Made by a program: the position numbers and the translations under genes. Shown here piece after piece: positions 37,029 through 49,543 of a stretch of 64,000 bases of DNA (position 1 is the first letter of the stretch; each line of letters starts with the position of its first letter). The stretch comes from Hydrolagus colliei (lineage: Eukaryota). The stretch is from the NCBI GenBank assembly GCA_035084275.1, contig CM068746.1:37262001-37326000 (forward strand). The letters run 5' to 3'. The notes under the pieces were generated by a model that had not been told where the DNA came from, ran no database searches, and saw only the letters and a program-made list of their open reading frames with translations.

Positions 37029-38771
37029 TATACATGGTTTAATGGAGTTTTACAGTCTTGATGTAGTAGGGATGCACAGGTAGACTGAGGCCAGGCCATG
37101 GAGGCATTTGAAAGTGAGGATGGGTGAGGACAGGAATCTTGAATTTGATCCTCTGGGTTGTCAGGAAGAATGAAGTTGTCAGATAATCTGGAAAAGATTC
37201 TTAATCCCAGCTGCACTCTTGGTTTCTGATACCTCTATTTTGAACCAAATCGAGTTTCTGAGGGCTTCAGAAGACAGGCAAATAGAATGACTTCACATAC
37301 AATTGGCATTTAAGCAGATGAAGTGCACATCTGCCTCTGCTCATCTTATTTTGATTGCTTTATCTGAACCAGGCTTTAGTGGTTAGATTTTATTTATGTA
37401 TTTACAATGGCTATTTAATAAGCGCCAAAGTACTGTATTCATTACATTGTTATATTGGAATAGACTAAACATTCTCTGCAGAAACATTCTCAATCAAAGA
37501 ATAGATTTCAGTTCCCTTAGGTCCAGCAGACTATCCATTTCTCCTCTTTATCAAAATTCCCACCACTGGTTCTCTCTATTCTAAGACCACTCTGGTTTCT
37601 ATGGTGAAAGCAATGGTAAAAACATTATTCCCACACATTACTGAACAATGGGCTATTAATTTCTTAACGGAGAACACTTTACTGAAATACCAAATCTGGA
37701 CCAACTGTTCGATACATGGTTTCCTCAGTGTAGAACAACAACTTTGCATCGATATAGCACCTTACATGTTGGAAGGATGTTTCAAAGTGGTTCACAGAGC
37801 CGAAAGTCTTGTGAGAGCCCGAGCTGGGAGTAAAGAATGATTTGGAAGTGCAGTCAAAAAGAAAGACCTTCCTTCCAGACTTAATGAGGATTCAGTCACT
37901 TTGCGGTAAATGTGACAAAGTAGTTTTGCTAATATATACGAGTCCAAACCTAAATGCACCAGCTGTTTAGAGGGAGGGAATAACCTCTGAAGAGGAGTAG
38001 GTCATTCAAGCTGGTATAGCCTGTTCTGCCATTTTACTAAATTACGATTATTAAATTTCAATTTCCTGCAGAACACCAATCACATGTTCTGTGCACTCAT
38101 TGGCTTCTGCCTCAGCAAACTGATTTCACTGCCATTAATCAAAAAACAAATCAACATAAATAATTCAACAATTTAATCCGCAGTCACATAAATCAGTGAA
38201 TCTACATAATATTTTTATGTGAGTATTATTTTAACACTAAATCATTGTGCAATATTTCAGCTCTCCCAACTCCCGAACACAAATTTTCCAAGTTTACACA
38301 TAAAAACTTTGAAATACGATTAGATCATGTTTAAGGACCCAAAGTTAATAATAATCCTTGAATTTGATATAACGTCTCATCACACTGTTGAGATACTTCA
38401 AAGCACCACAGCATATATTGTAAAGTGAAATTACTGTATATTGTGCATGAGAAAGTTATTAAGAGTTAAAGGAAACATTGTATTCCCTCAGTCATAAAGT
38501 GTGTTATTATTGCAGATTGCACTTGCAATGAACTATTTTGCTTCCATGACTGTGCAGGTGGCAAATTCAACCAAACACCACAGTCCCATTTGCTTCTTTG
38601 CAGTCACTGATTAACACACAAGTCCCCATGGGGGAACTGAACGAGTTGTGTATTCAACTGGAAGAATATAAGCACACATAGGTACTTCATCTGCATAACA
38701 GAATATATGGTATAAATGTCTGACTGAACCAATTTGTGGAATCCACTCATACCAAGATTGGATGTTCCGAC

Positions 38772-39178
38772 TAGGGTCCGTCGATATGGAAATTTTCCGA
38801 TATCGATATATTGGTGGGCTCATATCGATATTTCCGGGGGGTTTTATACTGTGCATGCGTGCGCATTCAGATGTGCGTGCACGCATTTGGGGGTGCGCGT
38901 GCATTCAGAGGTACGCGCGCATTCCAGTGAGCACACACATTCGAATGTGCGAACGCATTCCGTGCTCTAGGCCCAGGAGGTTTGCAGTGCCGGCGACAAG
39001 GTAAGTTGAAAAAGTTCGCATTATACCGATAATACTGATATATCGCTGAAAACGATATATCGATATTTACGATATACCGATTTTTTTAATATTGAATTTT
39101 TCAATATATCGATATATTTTAAATTCCAATATCGGCATATCGATATGAAAAATTATATAGATATATCGCCGGACCCTA
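38772..39178. mobile_element. Non-autonomous hAT-type transposon
   Basis: Perfect 8-bp target duplication GTTCCGAC (38764-38771, 39179-39186); TIR TAGGGTCCG(T/G)CGATAT; same family as 30547-31940, opposite orientation. Confidence 0.92.
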
Positions 39179-41399
39179 GTTCCGACACAGAGTATTTTCT
39201 GCCTTTAACAAAAACACAGTGACTTTTGTAGCCATGGCTTTATTTTAAGTTAAATATATAAAAGGTGATCTAATTAAGTGAGCGATTATGGGAAAGAAAT
39301 GGAACATGCTCTCACTTTTGTGCAGAATGTCAGTATCTTGCCATGAGCTCTGAACTGCAACATGCCAATAAGCAACGTAACAACCAAAATATTTTGCCCA
39401 CTACTCTAACATGGCTCACTATTTTGCACACGAGTCCGCTTTAAGACTTTGAGAAACATTGCCCAACAAGCAATGATAATGCAGAAGCTACTTTTGACGA
39501 CAGACTACACAGTTCACTGATAAATGCATTACAACTGCTTGAGCAAATTCACAAAGGACTTTTATAATTGTCATGGACCACCTCTCAGAGCACCCAGTCT
39601 TGGAAAATTGTGATAACATTCCCATTTAATCTAGAGGGTCAAGCTTTACGGCATTGAATTTCATCCTCAACTTTTCCTAGGTTTATATTTTCCTCATCAG
39701 TTTTCACTGTCCCACTGCTGGCAAAGGATGAAACTCAAATGTTATACAAAATATCCTACTTAAGAGTTAGCTAAAATATAACTCAATATTAGAATTCATA
39801 TTACCTGTAGTAATGCCTGCAGTTGATATAACACCTTAACACATTGAATATCCTCAATATATAACCTTATTTATACCTGCGTTTGATAATAACTAAGGTC
39901 TGTTTAAAGCACTATCAATTGCAAGAAACTTTTAATTCATTAATGTACGAGAGGGATGAACTTCAGCAGAAACCATAATTGCTTCAGCTAAAGAAAACCC
40001 TCAATCACAGTCTTAGTCACAATCTTTCGTCCTCAATGTTCAGTCCTATTAAATCAAGGCAGCATTGGCAGAATTGTTTTGGTCAACCAGGTTGGCTGAG
40101 ACATGTGGAAATCCATCACCATGCTTCTAAACCAGTGAATATAATAATATTTGCCAACGAGCAATGATACAGCTTCTGAAGCATCCCAAAGAACTATAAA
40201 TGATGAAACTTAAAAAACTCACATCAACATCGTCATCTGTAGAGTGCTAGCTAAATGGCAAATTCATAAATCAATATCATTAGCTAAATGGCAAATGAAT
40301 AACTACACATGATGCACACACATATATACACAATATCTGGATTTTCTGCAACTTGAGTCTACAAGTGCCCTTTCTTAATGGCTTTTGGAGAGGCAAAGTT
40401 AGCCTTTTTCCTCCCTTTTCACTAAAGATCTTGATTTGGGTTTACAAATGGTAAAAACACTAAAAGTTGCATCAAACATGAACGATGTCCGGAATTCTGC
40501 CTAGTTATGTACGCCTACGATTCTGCTGTAGTTAACTAACACAAAAATGTAGACTCACGATTAGCCAAGGCCCCAAACGTTCTGGTTTGGTAGCACTATT
40601 TGCCGATATAAAACCAGATGCGGTATATCAACTAACTAACTGAGGCACACTCGACTGTTTTACATCTTACAAGATATGATTCAAGATTGTTATTTAATTC
40701 AGATAAATTTGTCTCTAAGTTGTTCCGATAACGCAGTTTGTTTATTTAACAAATACCAGCGGAATTCACTGACCAGAACAGTGATTTTTGCTGTACCAGC
40801 TGTAGGTAGGCTGCAGTTCTTATTTTGTAAATTGATTCAAACAATGATTAATAATGCTAAGGTGCTGATAATTAATTTTTTTCCCTACAGCACCATTGGC
40901 CAGATGTTGTTTCTATTTAGCATACATTCTGTTTTATGTCATTAGTCAAGGAGTCTTGAACATTTTAATTAAAAAACAAAACTACATATACACCCCCCAC
41001 CCCCAAATTGTTTGTAGATAAACACTGAACCCTTGCTAAACTGCTCAGTAAATATTACATAATATGTATAAATTCATCCTGTTCAATGAACAACTTAGCT
41101 TGAGTTAAAAAAATTATATACTGTACATTGTTTATACTAAATGAATGTAGGTAGTTCCCAATAACTCAATTGGTATCAAGTGAAAGTATTGAGCAACGCT
41201 GAATCATTGAAATAAGTAAAATCGCAGTTTTGATCATTTGTCTGTGATAACAATGAAGCTAGAACCAGGATTCAAAATCTTGATCACGATAGTACAAGTA
41301 ACTATACATATGGTTAGTGAGATGCCTGAGATGTGAGGAAATCTTGTGCTTTTCTTTAGACTGCAACTAGAATTGACCGGAGCAGAGAGCAGCTGGTGG

Positions 41400-41640
41400 A
41401 GTTGGGTGGTGGGGGGGGGGGGGGGAGGGGAGAGTAGGTTGGAAAAGTAGGGATGTGCGAGGGCAAGGGATTTGAAAACGAGTGAGAAGATCCTGAAATC
41501 GTTCCATTCGGTGATTGGGAGCCAGTCCAACCTGGCGAGGACTGGTGTGATATTTGACGTACTTTTGTGCGGGTGAATATCTGGACGGCGGAGTATTTAA
41601 TTAATTGGATTTTGTGTATGGTGGAGCTGGGTAATCCTGA
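41400..41640 (-). mobile_element. Degraded L2 ORF2 fragment
   Basis: Reverse strand reads ...LDWLPITEWNDFRIFSLVFKSL.LAHPYFSNLL, homologous to LHWLPIHQRIEFKILVLTYKALHGLAPSYLTDLL in the intact copy. Confidence 0.7.
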
Positions 41641-43237
41641 ACACCAGTGACATATCTACTTCTACAAGTCTCGTTCATGAAGATCTCTTTGGCTTACATA
41701 TTCAATCACTAATTTCACCACAGAATGGACTCAGCTCCCTTCTACCTTCATTGGACACTTTGTGCCCAAGAGATATTCCCTCCTCGTCTGAAGACAGTCA
41801 TGCTAGTCTGTCATGTATAGAAAACTAGATGGAAAACTGCACACAATTTGACATTCCAACTAAGATTCTTATCAGCTTACTCGACTGACAGCACACTTTG
41901 CGAACAGTAATCTCAGAGCAACACTTATGGTGGCCTTGAAAAAATGAAGACTAAGAATGCTTGAATCTTCCAACTGGACAAGGCTGCATTGCAAGAAAGA
42001 GGAAAAATCTGCCGCTAACATTTTTTCCCCCACAAAGAACATAAAGCCAACAAAAGCTTTGAGTAGCCTATTTTGTTAAATTATCTAAGAAATAATTCTC
42101 AAAATGATAAAAGGTAAGGGAAATATTTCCACATCATATACTATATTCAATTTAAAAATGAAATTAACAAATGTTTTATTCAATAGTTAATCCGGTGAAG
42201 CATTAATATTAATGTCACATCCTCAAACTGCTTATCAGGCATGGACTTTGGTGTCAAAATACATTCAATGATGCAAAAGGAACCTTCAAAAAAGGTTCAT
42301 CTCACCATCATACAGTTTTTGACAAGCCACCCCATTTAATTTGAGCGGCTTCCACAACACTGACTGAATTTCGAACAGGGAAATTATTTTGCCTCATTTA
42401 CCCCAGTGACTGCAGTAGATTTGTGTCAAAAAAATCTGAAACACAAACAGAATTATAATGTTGAGTATTCCAAAGTTCAAAGAGCTAAACCGTACATTCG
42501 CTGCAAGCTTATGGGAAGTATTTTTTTAAGAGATTGCACACGAGAATAAAAAGATCTTCAAAAACAAACGGGCCTTTTGGGATACAAAGGGTAAACTACA
42601 GATGCAAATTTTTATCCTCAATGGGTTTTGGATTCCTGCTGTGTTGCAAACAGTAACCTATTCCACCCCAATCTTATGTTTCATCGATCATTAAATAAGA
42701 AATTCAGATTTATCGGGAACTCGGGCTCTTTTGTGTACTGAAAATGATAAAATTGGCCAACCACTTCAGCACCTGGATCAACATGACACACCTCGGGAAT
42801 AGGGCACTTCCTGGGGCACTACAATATGCAGTCTTACCAGTAGCAACTGTTAGTGGGTCTCAATCTCCATCATACCTTTTCATCCAACTGATACGGTATG
42901 TTAATCCAATCTGGTTTACTCTCCCTCAGATACACATTGCAGGCAATGAAAGATACATACGGGTATAATTCAAAACAATATATTTAGTTTGAAATCTCAC
43001 TTACTGCTTCATGGGTCCTATCTGCCTGTTCAGGTGGATGTTAAATATCCCATGGCACTATTTGAAAAGAGGAGTTTCTATCCAACTTACTGTATAACCT
43101 GTGAAGTGCTTTGAGATGTCTTGACAATACAAGGTACTTTATCAAACTTTATTGTTCAATTCCTGAATGGGTGCTAATTTGGGAGTTTTTTTGCAGCTCA
43201 TATTAAAAAGTAGGTTAAGGAATACACTGTTGTGGTA

Positions 43238-43451
43238 CAGTAAAAGCCCATTTATCCGGCACCCTCGGGACCTGGCTAATGCCTGTTAAAGCGCATGCCG
43301 GATATTCGGCCCAAAACGCAAATTGTTTTTTAAAAAAATTAAATGCATTTTTCTGGATAAATTCCGGTTATTCGAATGCGGACTTTGTTTTGCGATGCCG
43401 GTTATACGGAAGTTACGGTTGATTGGGTGCCAGATAAGCAGACTTTTACTG
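43238..43451. mobile_element. Tigger-type MITE
   Basis: TA|CAGTAAAAGCCCATTTATCCGGCACCC ... GGGTGCCAGATAAGCAGACTTTTACTG|TA. Confidence 0.88.
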
Positions 43452-43772
43452 TATTTTGGTTTGTTAGGGGTCATCACAGCACACCAAGAATTCAATCTCT
43501 ATCTATACGAACTATCAATCAGAAATTGTCTCTTCAAAATAAAAATATGTTTTAGATCTCCTCACGGCTTAATGAGCATACCCAATGGAGTTAGCTGATC
43601 AGCCAAGCAGTAGAGGCACCACAATTAATCTCAGTGGCACTTGGCTAGAGAGAGGAACATTAGCTAAGATTCGCCCTCCTAATCACAATCCAATGATTTG
43701 CTTGGAAAGTTTATGCTTGGCCATTGGGGGAAGACAGGATCAGAGTTAAATAACAAGTCAAAATCAAGTTGT

Positions 43773-44120
43773 GGAGTCCTGTAGCTCAGTGGTTAGAGCA
43801 CTCAAGATCTGGGTTCAATTCCAGGCACGTGAAACAACAACAACAACAACAAAATTACACTTGTATAGTGCCTTTCACGTCAGGAGGATGTCCCAAACCT
43901 TAGGCGAGTATCCTTACTCCACACGCCTGATCATAATCCCTAAAACAAAATTGGTAATTTCAATCCACAACTGTTTGTGGGACAACTGCTGTGTGCAACT
44001 GGCTGCCGTGTTTCGCCCATAAATATAGTCAATTCACTTCATTGCATAATCTGTGAAGCACTTTGAGATGTCTAGAAGAAGTGAAAAGCGCTATATCAAA
44101 TGCAAGTATTATTATTATTA
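43773..44120 (+). mobile_element. tRNA-derived SINE containing an antisense L2 tail (43833-43896)
   Basis: Head GGAGTCCTGTAGCTCAGTGG; (AAC)n...CCTTTCACGTCAGGAGGATGTCCCAA is inserted before ACCTTAGGC. Confidence 0.85.
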
Positions 44121-44778
44121 AAACATATTTAGGAGAGTATTGCAGTGTGATTTTTTTTCAATAGTAGCAATTACTTCAATAATACATATTCACATTTGAT
44201 GTGCATGTATCACATTTTGTAGATAACATTCATAGGTTAAATTGGTAGGTAACTCGTGAATGAGATGCAATAAGCAATCTTCCCCCGACCCCCCAAAAAA
44301 TGTTCAGAGCAGCTTCTGATGAAAAAATAAAATACTGAGTCACAACAATACATTATTATTGTCATCATCTAAAGTATCTACCAGACTAGAAATAAATATG
44401 CTGTGTATAATGCACATGTGGAATCATCTTCCTAAAACCGTGTAAACAGAGACAGCAACTAATAGATAGAAATAAACATTTCACTACAAAAAAAACACAA
44501 GATGCCCTCCATATTCCTAAAGTGGAAGGTACAACCGATATGTACCTTTTTTGTTAACTGTTGCCACTATATTGTAGCCTGTAATTTATCTAGACAGCTT
44601 GAGTAACTCCAGGATGTCTATAATAACTTTAGACTACTAAACTACACATCGATAGTCACTGTTTATTACAAAATAAATTTGTGATAATACAAGGAAGTGA
44701 TAGAATCGGGTTTAGGTCAGATTTTGATACAGTATCCTGAAAAGGGCACCAGGATGTATCTTGTCACCCAGCAGATAA

Positions 44779-45162
44779 TTAAATCTCCGCGTATAAGGCG
44801 CACTTTTTTTCATGTCGTAAAGTCTCGAAAGAGGGGGGTGCGCCCTGTACGCAGATACAAGGAAAAGACGACCAGCCTCCAGAGGTACGTCATCAAACTG
44901 CGCCGCCAGTACGACTACCCGCTCTCCAGGATCGGCAACGCAGACCAGGCGCCACTCACCTTCGATGTCCGGTAATTCTTCCTTCACGGTAATGCTGGGC
45001 TGCACCGCTGATGGACGTTTTTTTCGGTGGAATTTTTTTTTTGGATGATATTTCCGCCGGCAATATCATCGAAAATGCTTCCATTTTTTTTCGCCACGAG
45101 GTGGTCAAAAGTGGGGGGTTGCGCCTTATACCCGAGTGCGCCTTATATGCAGGTATTTACGG
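44779..45162 (+). mobile_element. Internally deleted pogo-type transposon with transposase remnant
   Basis: Same terminal sequences as 29876-30384, in inverted orientation (right end ...TTTACGG|TA; left end damaged); internal EKTTSLQRYVIKLRRQYDYPLSRIGNADQAPLTFD matches the pogo 'GNADQTPL.FD' motif at the first catalytic Asp. Confidence 0.85.
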
Positions 45163-45734
45163 TAAATGACTGGAACAGGGTTACTAAGAAAAGTGGTTGA
45201 CGCCAGAACAGGGGACAGGTTAATCCTTTGATGAGAAGATGGTAGGGTGGGTATTCTGGAATGATGAGGATTTAATGGGCTGCATGTCCTTCTTCATCTA
45301 AACTAATCTTGTGAACATAAATTGTAAACCATGCCACTCTTATGACAACACTACCACCTAGTGGCAGAGTTGTTCAATATATATTAGTTAAAAATTAGGG
45401 GAAAAACACGTGTAAAATAGCCTTAGAGTAGAACAGTGGAATTAATTGTGAGCTGGCAACGAATGTGCATACGAACATACATTCTGGAATACTGCAGCTG
45501 CAGCTTAGCAGTTCTGTAATAAACATGTTGAAATAAACCCACAATTATAATAATCGTTAATAATAGTTCTTACAATTGAATAGCATGTTATCACATTGTC
45601 AAAATGTCTCAAACTACTTTACAGAATGTAGCGACTGTGTATTTTGTAGACAAGTGAGGCAGCCAATTTGCAAGTAATAGTTCCTCAAACTATCATCAAA
45701 TGAATGATCAATTTTATTTGGGGGATAACCAGGA

Positions 45735-45912
45735 CAGGATCTATTCTCTTTCCAAATAGTGCCCTGGGATCTTTAACTTTCATCTGAGAAGATAGATGGG
45801 ACTTCGGTTTATCATCTTATCCAAAGGACGGCACTTCAGACAATGCTGGGGCTTGAGACCATATACTGTACTTCTGTTTTCAAGGCGAAAGTGCTATCGA
45901 CTGAGCCAGGCT
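45735..45912 (-). mobile_element. Old Deu-domain SINE relic
   Basis: Reverse complement contains GAAGTGCCGTCCTTTGGATAAGATGATAAACCGAAGTCCCATCT...TTAAAGATCCCAGGGCACTATTTGGAAAGAG. Confidence 0.65.
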
Positions 45913-46522
45913 GAACTACCTATCACAGCTTAGCATCTTTACAAAGATGCAATAAGTAATGCAACTTGCAGTTTGCTTGTTCTCTCTTCTCATGAGGTCC
46001 TACATACATAGGGACCATTAAAATATAAATTCTTATTTTTTAGGTATTTTTGGTGTAAAAATAATTAATCTGGTGAATTCTCTGCTCTCTCACACAAACT
46101 CTTTTGCTGCTGGTCTCTATCAACACTACAACCTTGGTAGAAGCTAGGTAAGGTGTAGGAAGGTTGCCAGACTTTGTTCTGATGGCAAGCTTCACTGCCT
46201 CAGTTGGTTAAACCCAGCAGTACCCCAACCCAAACTTAGAGGTCCTCAAGCCTTGATTCTTACCAAGCTGCACCTAAACCTCTTGGTATAATCATAATAA
46301 TAATAATCCTTCCATTTGATACAGTGCCTTATCATGTTGTTGAGACATCTCAAAGTGCTTCACAGAATGTACTGTAATGTGAACTGGCTGGCTATTTTCG
46401 TTGGCAAAATGCAAGTGGGCGAACTTAAGTAAGCAAGTTGGATCCCTGCAAGGAACTCCATTCCAGACACTCATAAATTTTCATCTGTAGATGACATATA
46501 TATATATGGAACTCTTCGTGGC

Positions 46523-46716
46523 CAGATAATAATCCCTCAAGAAAAAAGTTATAAAATTTATCACTTTAATCCACAACTGCTTTGTGGGACACTACTGTGC
46601 TGCATGTGCATTTCACCCACAAAAATATAATTCACATTACAGTATATTCTGTGAGGCGCTTTGAGACGTCTCGAAGACGTGCAAAGCGCTATATCAAATG
46701 CAAAGATTACTATTAT
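46523..46716 (+). mobile_element. SINE 3' half
   Basis: GATAATAATCCC...TTTGTGGGACAC...GAGACGTCTCGAAGACGTG...ATCAAATGCAAAG. Confidence 0.8.
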
Positions 46717-47438
46717 AGCTTGGTTTATACACATGTTAGATACTGAGTTGACAAACAAAATGTAAGGATAATAGGAAGCAAAATTGGAGCAAAGTCTAGA
46801 TTGTTTTCTTCTGTTTGGTTGCAAAACATTTCTACTTAGCTAGCTCAGAGTCCTGTGTAATTTCTGAAATGTACAGAAGCTATGAGCTGTCATTTTCTGA
46901 TCTATTGCAAATAATAAAGCCCTAATTTATGCAATCTTAAATGAGACACATATAAACGATAGATATTTTTGTCTGGAGGGTTACTCTTTAACCAAGAAAC
47001 TAATTTGTCAAACAATGCTTCCACCAATGTATCTTCAGCCCAGTGAGTTAAAGATTTGGGAAGATTTGAATGTCATTGCGAAAAGCAACTCTCTAGAGTT
47101 CTATAAGAAACAATGCAGGTCATTAACGCTACCTCTACGGATTTAAATAAGTGAATAGCGGTAAACAGAATAGGTGTACAGATTGCAATTATGTGGACCA
47201 AGTAACAGGAGGCTGTAACTGCAGAATTCAAATCAATAAGACATTGCATTGCTGCAATTTTATGCTGAGTATGAGTAATCCTGAGTTTCTCTAATTCAGC
47301 TTCACCAAATACACTAACAATCAAAGTTTGTTACGAATGTTCTGCAATATTCAAAGTGATGTTTTCATTTCAAACACTTTTGAAACCTTTTCAGATTTCC
47401 CAACAGCAACAGTTGATATTAATGCATTCCCAACTCAC

Positions 47439-47549
47439 CTGAGAGAATATATGTGCAGTGGGAGCGACTCTGCTATCCACAATGCTGTAGAAAATTGCCA
47501 ACAGCCTATCCAGGGGGAATGGTTTGGGGCCAAGGAGGTGATTGCTGGT
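47439..47549 (-). CDS. ORC5: ORC5 internal 111-nt exon
   Basis: tttcttgcag|ACC AGC...TCT CAG|GTGAGT encodes [37 protein letters not shown] (ORC5 C-terminal winged-helix region); phase 0/0. Confidence 0.96.
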
Positions 47550-47916
47550 CTGCAAGAAACAAGGTTAATTAGAATGATCTGTCTTGATAATAGAGCATCA
47601 AGGGACATTATGTGCTTGCCGGTCTTATTAAGTGGCAGACAATCATTTATGTAATTCATCTTCTTAAGGTGTTCTGCACCATGCCCTAATACACAATTTC
47701 CATTAATTAACAGACATAGACAGGCATTGGTATAATGCAGAATAGTAGCTGCATTTAATATACATAATCTGGCTGAAGCTTCACTGCGGCATTACAGTAT
47801 CGGTGGCAGTGCCACCCAGTAAATGATCAATGGGAAAAAATATCATCAATCACTCTTTTTCCTCTGCACCCTGGTGCCTCCTCTGTTTTATACAAAATGT
47901 CACCTGAACACATGTC

Positions 47917-48284
47917 AATAATAATAATAATAATCCCTCCATTTGAAACACCACTTTTCAGTGCCTTGGGACATCCTCCTGACGTGAAAGACGTTATACA
48001 AGTGGAATTTTGTTGTTGTTGTTTCACGTCTTCTAGACATCTCAAAACACTCACAAGATACTGTATACTGTAAAGTGAACTGACTATATATTTGTGGGAG
48101 AAACGCGGCAGCCAATTGCACACAGCACTGTCCCACAAACAGTCATGGATTGAAATCACCAATTTATTATTGAGTTTTTTGTGGGATTATTATCAGGCTT
48201 CGTAAAATTTCGCTCTGCCTAGAATCAAACCCAAATCTCTCACAAGCAAAAGCATGTGCTGTAACCACTGAGCTGTAGGACTCC
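47917..48284 (-). mobile_element. tRNA-derived SINE containing an opposite-strand L2 tail (47961-48022)
   Basis: Reverse-complement SINE ending CTGAGCTGTAGGACTCC; interrupted by GTGCCTTGGGACATCCTCCTGACGTGAAAG...(TTG)n. Confidence 0.85.
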
Positions 48285-48418
48285 CCAAAAATGAAACTCT
48301 TGACCATGAACAGTCACAGAGGACACAGCAGAATTCTATGTGTACCATTAACAAGCCCAATTTCCTCAACTGTAAATAACCATTCCTTGTAAACTTTGTC
48401 CAGGTATCGTAGAGAATA

Positions 48419-49543
48419 CAGGTAAGCCTCTATTTAGGACGCTTCTATTTAGGATGTTTTGATTGAAGAAACATCATTTTTTACACACCTTTTGATCGAT
48501 ATAGGACACTTGGATGCGCAGTACATATTTTGAATATTGCGGTCGCATTTCAGGCATACTTTCTGTCCATACACACAGCCCATAGTGTATCCACAGGTAA
48601 ATCACGCTCACACCTGATATCCAAGCGTTTGCACTGGCCAATAGCATGCCACTATATCATTGTTTAAAAGCCAGCTGATTTTGAAGCGACACCACGCCAG
48701 AATTAGTTATTCATTCATTATAAACATTCCCGAGCAACTTCGAGCGATTTACAGCATGTAACGCGTTTATAGTAAGTGAAATGAGCAGCAGTAATACCGC
48801 TAGCAGCCAGAGACCCCCCGCAAAGTCATCACTTTAAATACCAAATTAGAGGTGATGAAGCGCATCAATTCTGGTGAAAAAGGACGTAGGGATGGCTTTA
48901 GTGCTAGCTAGATTGACGGTGGCTACTATAAAACAGAATAAGGACAATATACTGGTAAGTTCAAGGTGTGTTTCAGCTACAGGTGCAAGCAGATTAGCAA
49001 AACATAGGAGTGATGTGATGGAAAACATGGAAAGAATGCAGAGTGTCTGGATTGAGGATCAGAACCAGTGTAACATACCACTCAATATAGCGTAATATAC
49101 ATCCTGGTTATCCAAGAGAAGGAAAAATCATTGTTTAGGGAGTTAAATGATCAGAATGGAAAAGGCTCAACGGCACCACCTTTCAGTGCTAGCAGAGGGT
49201 GGTTTCAAAGGTTAAAAGACGCTATGGGCTCCACAACATCAAGATGAGCCACTGCCACTGTCACATTGCCAGTATTAAAGTTTGCCAGTATTAAAGTACA
49301 ATATTGTACAGTTACCCCCCAAGTACCCCTTTTTGCCTATGTGTGTTAATTTGTGTGTTTTGTGTGTTATGTTATGTAGTTTTGTGTGTTATTTAGTGGG
49401 TTTAAGGTCCGAAAACTTTGTCAAAAGAACACATCTCTGGTTAAATAATGGGACCGCATGGGAAATCACGTTTCGATTTAGGACATTTCAATCTAGATAC
49501 AGTTTTCAGGAATACAACCCCGTCCTAAATAGAGGTTTACCTG
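48419..49543 (+). mobile_element. Tigger-type DNA transposon, internally deleted, with decayed HTH/CENP-B-type transposase N-terminus
   Basis: TA|CAGGTAAGCCTCTATTTAGGACG ... CGTCCTAAATAGAGGTTTACCTG|TA (22/23 TIR match); remnants RKVITL..KLEVMKR, TVATIKQNKDNI, MENMERMQSVWIEDQNQCNIPL, FSASRGWFQRLK. Confidence 0.92.
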
